Shown here piece by piece: positions 58,835 through 64,000 of a DNA stretch of 64,000 bases. This stretch comes from Patescibacteria group bacterium (lineage in GTDB: Bacteria; Patescibacteriota; Patescibacteriia; 2-12-FULL-57-11): assembly GCA_038054875.1 (NCBI GenBank), contig JBBUJK010000029.1, positions 7,442 through 71,441 on the forward strand. The letters are read 5' to 3'. How positions within the stretch are numbered: position 1 is the stretch's first letter; each line of letters begins with the position of its first letter. Both the position numbers and the translations under genes were made by a program. The notes beneath the pieces are model-generated. The model did no database searches, was not told where the DNA came from, and saw only the letters and a program-made list of their open reading frames with translations.

Positions 58835-60025
58835 ATGGCAGAAAAGTTCGACCGCTCCAAACCGCACGTCAACGTCGGCACCATCGGCCACGTCGACCAC
58901 GGAAAGACGACGCTGACCGCCGCCATTCTTGCGGTCGCCTCCGCCCACGGCATGACGGCCCAGAAGAAAGGCATCGAGGACCTCGACAAGGCTCCGGAAT
59001 CGCGTTCCCGCGGCATTACGATCGCCACGGCGCATTGTGAATACGAGTCCGAGAAGCGCCACTACGCGCACGTCGACTGCCCGGGCCACGCCGACTACGT
59101 GAAGAACATGATCACCGGCGCCGCGCAGATGGACGGCGCGATCCTGGTCGTGTCCGCCGCCGACGGTCCGATGCCGCAGACCCGCGAGCACATCCTGCTC
59201 GCCCGCCAGGTCGGCGTGCCGTCGATCGTGGTCTTCCTGAACAAGGTCGACACGGTGGATGATAAGGAACTCATCGACCTCGTCGAAGAGGAAGTCCGCG
59301 ACCTCCTCAAGAAGTACGATTTCCCGGGCGACACGACCCCGATCATCCGCGGGTCCGCCTTGAAGGCGCTTCAGAATCCGAGCGATCCCGAGGCCGCAAA
59401 GCCGGTGCTCGAGCTCCTGAAGACGCTCGACGAGTACATTCCGGAGCCGATTCGCGAAATCGAAAAGCCGTTCCTGATGCCGGTCGAAGACGTCTTCTCG
59501 ATTGAAGGCCGCGGCACGGTCGTCACCGGCCGCATCGAGCGCGGTATCATCAAGATCAACGAAGAAGTCGAGATCGTCGGCCTCGGGGAAACCCGCAAGA
59601 CCGTCGTGACCGGCGTCGAGATGTTCAACAAGCAGCTCGACGAAGGCCGCGCCGGCGACAACGCGGGCCTGCTGCTCCGCGGCACCAAGAAGGAAGAAGT
59701 GGAGCGTGGCATGGTCCTCGCCAAGACCGGTACGGTCAAACCGCACACCGAGTTCGAGGCCGAGGTGTACACCCTGACCAAGGAGGAAGGCGGCCGTCAC
59801 AAGCCGTTCTTCAACGGCTACAAGCCGCAATTCTATATCCGCACCACAGACGTGACCGGCGAGATCACCCTGCCCCAGGGCACGGAAATGGTCATGCCGG
59901 GCGACACCGTGAACGTTTCGGTCAAGCTGATCTCCCCGGTCGCGCTTGAAGAGAAGATGCGCTTCGCGGTGCGCGAAGGCGGCCGCACGGTCGGTGCCGG
60001 CGTCGTGACGAAGATCACCAAATAA
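58835..60025 (+). CDS. tuf: elongation factor Tu
   Basis: [31 protein letters not shown]..., 396 aa. Confidence 0.95.
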   Translation: MAEKFDRSKPHVNVGTIGHVDHGKTTLTAAILAVASAHGMTAQKKGIEDLDKAPESRSRGITIATAHCEYESEKRHYAHVDCPGHADYVKNMITGAAQMDGAILVVSAADGPMPQTREHILLARQVGVPSIVVFLNKVDTVDDKELIDLVEEEVRDLLKKYDFPGDTTPIIRGSALKALQNPSDPEAAKPVLELLKTLDEYIPEPIREIEKPFLMPVEDVFSIEGRGTVVTGRIERGIIKINEEVEIVGLGETRKTVVTGVEMFNKQLDEGRAGDNAGLLLRGTKKEEVERGMVLAKTGTVKPHTEFEAEVYTLTKEEGGRHKPFFNGYKPQFYIRTTDVTGEITLPQGTEMVMPGDTVNVSVKLISPVALEEKMRFAVREGGRTVGAGVVTKITK

Positions 60026-60072
60026 CTCTCCCGCCCACCTCTGCCTTGCGGGGGTGGGCATCCGTGGATTGC

Positions 60073-60423
60073 ATGAGCACTGTCGTCAAAAAAACTGCGG
60101 AGAAGGGCAAGGATGAGGAGAAGCAGCGGATCCGTATCAAAATCCGGGCCTATGATCACAAGATCATCGACCAATCCGCCCGGACGATCATCGACACGGC
60201 ACTGCGCTCCGGCGCCACCGTGATCGGGCCGATTCCGCTGCCGACCGAGAAGAAGAAGTTCACGGTCAACCGCTCGACCTTCGTCCACAAGGACGCCCGC
60301 GAGCAGTACGAGGTCCGCACTTCGAAGCGGATCGTCGACATCATCGATCCCACGCCCCGCACCATCGACGCCCTCATGAATTTGAATCTTCCTGCAGGCG
60401 TCGACGTCGAAATCAAGATGTAA
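60073..60423 (+). CDS. rpsJ: 30S ribosomal protein S10
   Basis: S10 signature [22 protein letters not shown]. Start at the internal ATG. Confidence 0.85.
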   Translation: MSTVVKKTAEKGKDEEKQRIRIKIRAYDHKIIDQSARTIIDTALRSGATVIGPIPLPTEKKKFTVNRSTFVHKDAREQYEVRTSKRIVDIIDPTPRTIDALMNLNLPAGVDVEIKM

Positions 60424-60707
60424 GTCGCAGCCCTCCGGCTGCCCCGTGTGCCTCTTCCGGGGACGCACAGGGGAGCCGGAGCGGCCCCAACCTCAGCTTC
60501 CCACCGCGTCGTGCTGGTACGCCTCTGGCGTAGACCCGACGTCGATCGGCGGCCGAGACTCGTGAGGTATCGTCATTGACAGTTATTCCCACGCCACCCG
60601 TTGAAGACGGCAGTGCGTGCTAGAAGTGTTCGCATGATGCGCCCGCAACCGCGGATGTTCTCATGGTGCGAAGGCTTCTGGTTTTTGTTTAGCCAGAATC
60701 ACGGAAT

Positions 60708-61409
60708 ATGAAATTCATCGTCGGTCGAAAAATTGAGATGCGCCAGGAGTTTCGGCCGGACGGCACTGTCGTCCCGGTCACTTTGGTTGCAATCGAACCG
60801 AATACGGTTACGGCTGTTCGCACGCAGGAGAAGGATGGATACGTCGCCATTCAGGTCGGCGTCGGGTCGTCCAGGAACGTGAAGAAGCCGCAGATCGGTC
60901 ACACCAAGGCTCTTGGCCGCAGTTTTGCGCATTTCCGTGAGTTCCGCGTTGATGATGTTTCTGATGTCGTGCCGGGGCAGGTGACGGACATTTCTTTGCT
61001 CGTGCCTGGAGACATCGTGCACGTTGTCGGTACGTCGAAGGGCAAGGGCTTTCAGGGCGTGGTGAAGCGCCACGGATTCCACGGGCACCCCGCGTCCCAC
61101 GGTCATAAGGACCAGCTGCGCATGCCGGGTTCGATCGGTTCCAAGCGTCAGGGTCCGGTGGCTCCGGGAAAACGCATGGCAGGCCGCATGGGCGGCGATC
61201 GTATCACCGTGCGCGGTCTTGAAGTTGTTTCCGTGGACGCCGCCGCCGGCGTTGTCTCGCTCAAGGGCGCCGTGCCTGGTGCGCGCAACGGATTGTTGCT
61301 GCTTTCCGGTTCTGGGACACAGACATACCGTACAACGCAGGCGCCGGTCGGAGAACCCGCCACGGTTCCGACGGAGACGCTTGCCGCTCCGGTCGCCGAA
61401 CAGTCTTAA
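60708..61409 (+). CDS. rplC: 50S ribosomal protein L3
   Basis: MKFIVGRKIEMRQEF...GTSKGKGFQGVVKRHGF. Confidence 0.9.
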   Translation: MKFIVGRKIEMRQEFRPDGTVVPVTLVAIEPNTVTAVRTQEKDGYVAIQVGVGSSRNVKKPQIGHTKALGRSFAHFREFRVDDVSDVVPGQVTDISLLVPGDIVHVVGTSKGKGFQGVVKRHGFHGHPASHGHKDQLRMPGSIGSKRQGPVAPGKRMAGRMGGDRITVRGLEVVSVDAAAGVVSLKGAVPGARNGLLLLSGSGTQTYRTTQAPVGEPATVPTETLAAPVAEQS

Positions 61410-61415
61410 ACGCAT

Positions 61416-62042
61416 ATGGTGAAAGTTCCCCTGTACAACATGGACGGCAAGAAGGTCGGCGAGCAGGAGCTCTCGGCCGCAGTTTTCGGCGTCGACATCA
61501 AACCGACCGTTCTTCATGAGGCTGCGGTGGCTCATGCTTCCGCCTCCCGTCAGATTGTCGCTCACACGAAGACCCGCGGCGAAGTCCGCGGCGGCGGCAA
61601 GAAGCCTTGGAAACAGAAGGGGACTGGTCGCGCTCGCCACGGTTCCATCCGTTCTCCGATTTGGAAGGGCGGCGGCGTGGTGTTCGGACCGCGCAACACG
61701 CGCAACTACGAAAAGAAGATCAACCGCAAGGTGAAGCAGCAGGCGTTGCGCATGGCGCTGACCGACAAGGTCGCGCACGATCGTTTGCTCGTGCTTGAGT
61801 CGCTTACCGCGGCCGAATACAAGACCAAGATCATGGTGAAGATGCTGAAGGCGCTCCCGGTGGGTCGCAAGATTCTCGTGGCGCTCCCGACGCGCGACCA
61901 AAAGGTCGTGAAGTCGCTCGCCAATCTTCCGCGCGTGACGTCCGTGAATGTCGGCAGCTTGAACATCACGGCGCTGCTCGGTCATGACACGGTGCTGACC
62001 ACGGCGGAAGGGACGAAAAAGATGGAAGAGATGTTTGGCTAA
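61416..62042 (+). CDS. rplD: 50S ribosomal protein L4
   Basis: 208 aa. [31 protein letters not shown]. Confidence 0.9.
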   Translation: MVKVPLYNMDGKKVGEQELSAAVFGVDIKPTVLHEAAVAHASASRQIVAHTKTRGEVRGGGKKPWKQKGTGRARHGSIRSPIWKGGGVVFGPRNTRNYEKKINRKVKQQALRMALTDKVAHDRLLVLESLTAAEYKTKIMVKMLKALPVGRKILVALPTRDQKVVKSLANLPRVTSVNVGSLNITALLGHDTVLTTAEGTKKMEEMFG

Positions 62043-62051
62043 CCGCCGGCT

Positions 62052-62471
62052 ATGTCTACGTTTTTGGACAAATTCAAGTTTGGGAGGAAGCCACCGACCG
62101 GGGCCTCCGGCGGTAAAAAGGCACCGATCAAGAAAGCCGCATCCACTGCGGCTGCGGTTGCTGCTCCTTCTGGCGACCAGGACACCGGAATTGCCACCTC
62201 GGTGCTGCGCCACCCGCACGTCACGGAAAAGGCAGCCCGCATGTCCGCGCAGCGCCAGTACGTGTTCGTTGTGCCGCTCAAAGCCACCAAGCTCCAAGTT
62301 CGCGATGCTGTCATGAAACTCTATGGCGTGCGTCCGATCGGCGTGAACATCGTGCGCGTCAAAGGCAAGCAGGTGCGCTTTGGCCAGCGGAGCGGCGTGC
62401 AGAAAGATTGGAAGAAGGCCATGGTGACGCTCGCGCCGGGCGCTGCGCTCTCCATCTACGAAGGCGTGTAA
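62052..62471 (+). CDS. rplW: 50S ribosomal protein L23 (with about 45-aa N-terminal Lys/Ala-rich extension)
   Basis: C-terminal L23 core LRHPHVTEKAARMSAQRQYVFVV..KLQVRDAVMKLYGVRPIGVNIV. Confidence 0.8.
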   Translation: MSTFLDKFKFGRKPPTGASGGKKAPIKKAASTAAAVAAPSGDQDTGIATSVLRHPHVTEKAARMSAQRQYVFVVPLKATKLQVRDAVMKLYGVRPIGVNIVRVKGKQVRFGQRSGVQKDWKKAMVTLAPGAALSIYEGV

Positions 62472-62477
62472 ACTTGT

Positions 62478-63320
62478 ATGCCGATCAAATCTTTCAAACC
62501 AACAACTCCGGGACGGCGCCTTGCGTCGGTGGACGCGTACGCGGACATCACCAAGTTCGAGCCGGAAAAGTCGCTCATCACGTTTAAGAAGCGGAGCGGC
62601 GGCCGCAACAACCAGGGCAAAATCACCGTCCGCCATCGCGGCGGCGGCGCTCGTCGCTTTTTGCGCGACGTCGACAACAAGCGTGAGAAGTACGACGTGC
62701 CTGCGCGGGTTGAGGCCATCGAACACGATCCGGCCCGCGGCGCCCGCATCGCGCTCCTGGTGTATCGCGATGGAGAACGCCGCTACATGGTCGCACCGGG
62801 CGGCGTCACCGTCGGTCAGACCGTGGTGTCTTCAAAGCATCGCGTCGAGGTAACGCCCGGCAATCGCATGCCGCTGTCCGAAATTCCGGTCGGCATGACC
62901 ATTCATGACGTGGAATTCCTTCCCGGTGAAGGCGGCCGGATGGTGCGTGGCGCCGGGCTTGGCGCCCAGCTCATGGCCGTCGAAGGCGAGCATGCGCAAG
63001 TGAAACTTCCGTCCGGCGAAGTGCGCCGGTTGCCGAAGGGCTGCATGGCGACGATCGGTTCCGTGGGCAACCCGGACCACCGTCTGGTGCGACTCGGCAA
63101 AGCCGGTCGCATGCGTCACCGCGGCATTCGTCCAACGGTGCGCGGGAAGGCCATGAACCCGGTCGACCATCCGCACGGTGGTGGTGAAGGCAAGCACCCC
63201 ATCGGCATGAAGTATGCAAAGACGAAATGGGGTAAGCACGCGCTGGGCGTGAAGACCCGCCGTGCCAAGAAGTGGAGCAACAAAATGATCGTGAAGCACC
63301 GGAAGGGTGCCAACCACTAA
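62478..63320 (+). CDS. rplB: 50S ribosomal protein L2
   Basis: 280 aa, with the L2 HPHGGGEGK signature. Confidence 0.95.
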   Translation: MPIKSFKPTTPGRRLASVDAYADITKFEPEKSLITFKKRSGGRNNQGKITVRHRGGGARRFLRDVDNKREKYDVPARVEAIEHDPARGARIALLVYRDGERRYMVAPGGVTVGQTVVSSKHRVEVTPGNRMPLSEIPVGMTIHDVEFLPGEGGRMVRGAGLGAQLMAVEGEHAQVKLPSGEVRRLPKGCMATIGSVGNPDHRLVRLGKAGRMRHRGIRPTVRGKAMNPVDHPHGGGEGKHPIGMKYAKTKWGKHALGVKTRRAKKWSNKMIVKHRKGANH

Positions 63321-63321
63321 T

Positions 63322-63651
63322 ATGTCGCGTTCCCTGAAGAAGGGCGTTTGGATCGATCCCAAACTGCTCATGAAAATCCAGAAGGCAAAACCAGGCGACA
63401 AGTCCATTCGGACGTGGTCGCGTGATTCGACGATCATCGCCGAAATGGTGGGTCTCACCATCAACGTGCATAACGGCAAGGTGCATGTTCCGGTCTACGT
63501 CGTTGAAAACATGGTTGGCCACAAGCTCGGCGAGTTCTCGCCGACGCGCAAATTTGTGCGCCACGGCGGCAAGATGCAGAAGGACCTCGAGACGGCCGCC
63601 GCGATCACGGCCAAGCCGGCAGCCGCGCCGGCGGCGGGTGGCAAGAAATAA
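63322..63651 (+). CDS. rpsS: 30S ribosomal protein S19 (with Ala/Pro-rich C-terminal tail)
   Basis: [16 protein letters not shown]...[22 protein letters not shown]. Start at the internal ATG. Confidence 0.85.
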   Translation: MSRSLKKGVWIDPKLLMKIQKAKPGDKSIRTWSRDSTIIAEMVGLTINVHNGKVHVPVYVVENMVGHKLGEFSPTRKFVRHGGKMQKDLETAAAITAKPAAAPAAGGKK

Positions 63652-63655
63652 TTCT

Positions 63656-64000
63656 ATGGACGTCCACGCTTCCCTCCGCTATCTGCGCATGGCGCCCCGC
63701 AAGGTGCGACTGGTTATTGATGTTGTTCGCGGCATGTCGGTCGCTGAGGCCGAGATGCGGTTGACCTTCTTGCCGAAAGCCGCAGCAATGCCGGTCTTGA
63801 AGCTTCTGCGTTCCGCGGTTGCCAATGCCGAACACAATTTCAAACTCTCCCGTGAAACGCTTTTCGTGAAAACGATTACCGTTGACGGCGGTCCCATTCT
63901 GCATCGTTGGCGCGCACGCGCCATGGGCCGGGCCGCGCCGATCCGCAAGCGCACGTCCCACATCATGCTTATCGTTTCCGATGAAAAACCGGCCGCTAAA
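63656..64000 (+). CDS. rplV: 50S ribosomal protein L22 (3' end outside window)
   Basis: MDVHASLRYLRMAPRKVRLVIDVVRGMSVAEAE...; the ORF is open to the window end. Confidence 0.8.
   Translation, partial: MDVHASLRYLRMAPRKVRLVIDVVRGMSVAEAEMRLTFLPKAAAMPVLKLLRSAVANAEHNFKLSRETLFVKTITVDGGPILHRWRARAMGRAAPIRKRTSHIMLIVSDEKPAAK

Noticed and set aside
1-64000. CRISPR arrays, rRNA genes, transposase/integrase genes
   Set aside because: No direct-repeat/spacer arrays, no rRNA-like sequence, and no recognisable transposase or tyrosine/serine recombinase ORF were seen. Island boundaries are marked only by short repeats.

Overview
This 64-kb window is a GC-rich (about 60% overall) bacterial chromosomal segment with no rRNA and no CRISPR array; housekeeping genes are interspersed with several compositionally distinct accessory islands. 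Core content, in order: an MBL-fold hydrolase fragment, gyrA, rpmF, nusB, rnc, pilT, tRNA-Arg and tRNA-Lys, typA/bipA, proS, the hup-ymdB-rny cluster, truB, infB, trxA, trxB, leuS, a polysaccharide deacetylase, glmS, a ComEC-like protein, ndk, a FecR-domain protein with a CHASE2 adenylate cyclase, a DEAD-box helicase, tRNA-Pro, rpmB, a site-2 protease, and the str/S10 ribosomal cluster (rpsL-rpsG-fusA-tuf-rpsJ-rplC-rplD-rplW-rplB-rpsS-rplV). Accessory content: (1) a complete diversity-generating retroelement at about 27.2-29.9 kb (target gene with VR, TR, Avd, reverse transcriptase), with a paralogous 'target-family' gene at 37.35 kb sharing the same promoter, a roughly 130-nt conserved leader and an N-terminal domain; (2) a very GC-rich island (10.8-15.1 kb) of five tandem lipoprotein genes separated by conserved terminator/leader modules; (3) a promoter-gene cassette (20.5-23.0 kb) flanked by imperfect direct repeats and encoding a 686-aa unknown protein behind a structured 200-nt leader; (4) a low-GC island (49.7-55.1 kb) with an MmeI-family type IIL restriction-modification enzyme, an AT-rich HEPN-like gene and a tightly packed tRNA array decoding AGA/AGG/AUA; (5) a divergent RelA/SpoT-like protein at 40.2 kb. 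Several small repeat families also recur: a REP-like double hairpin, an ATCCTGA...GAAGGAT hairpin, and terminator hairpins carrying a TTGACA -35 box.
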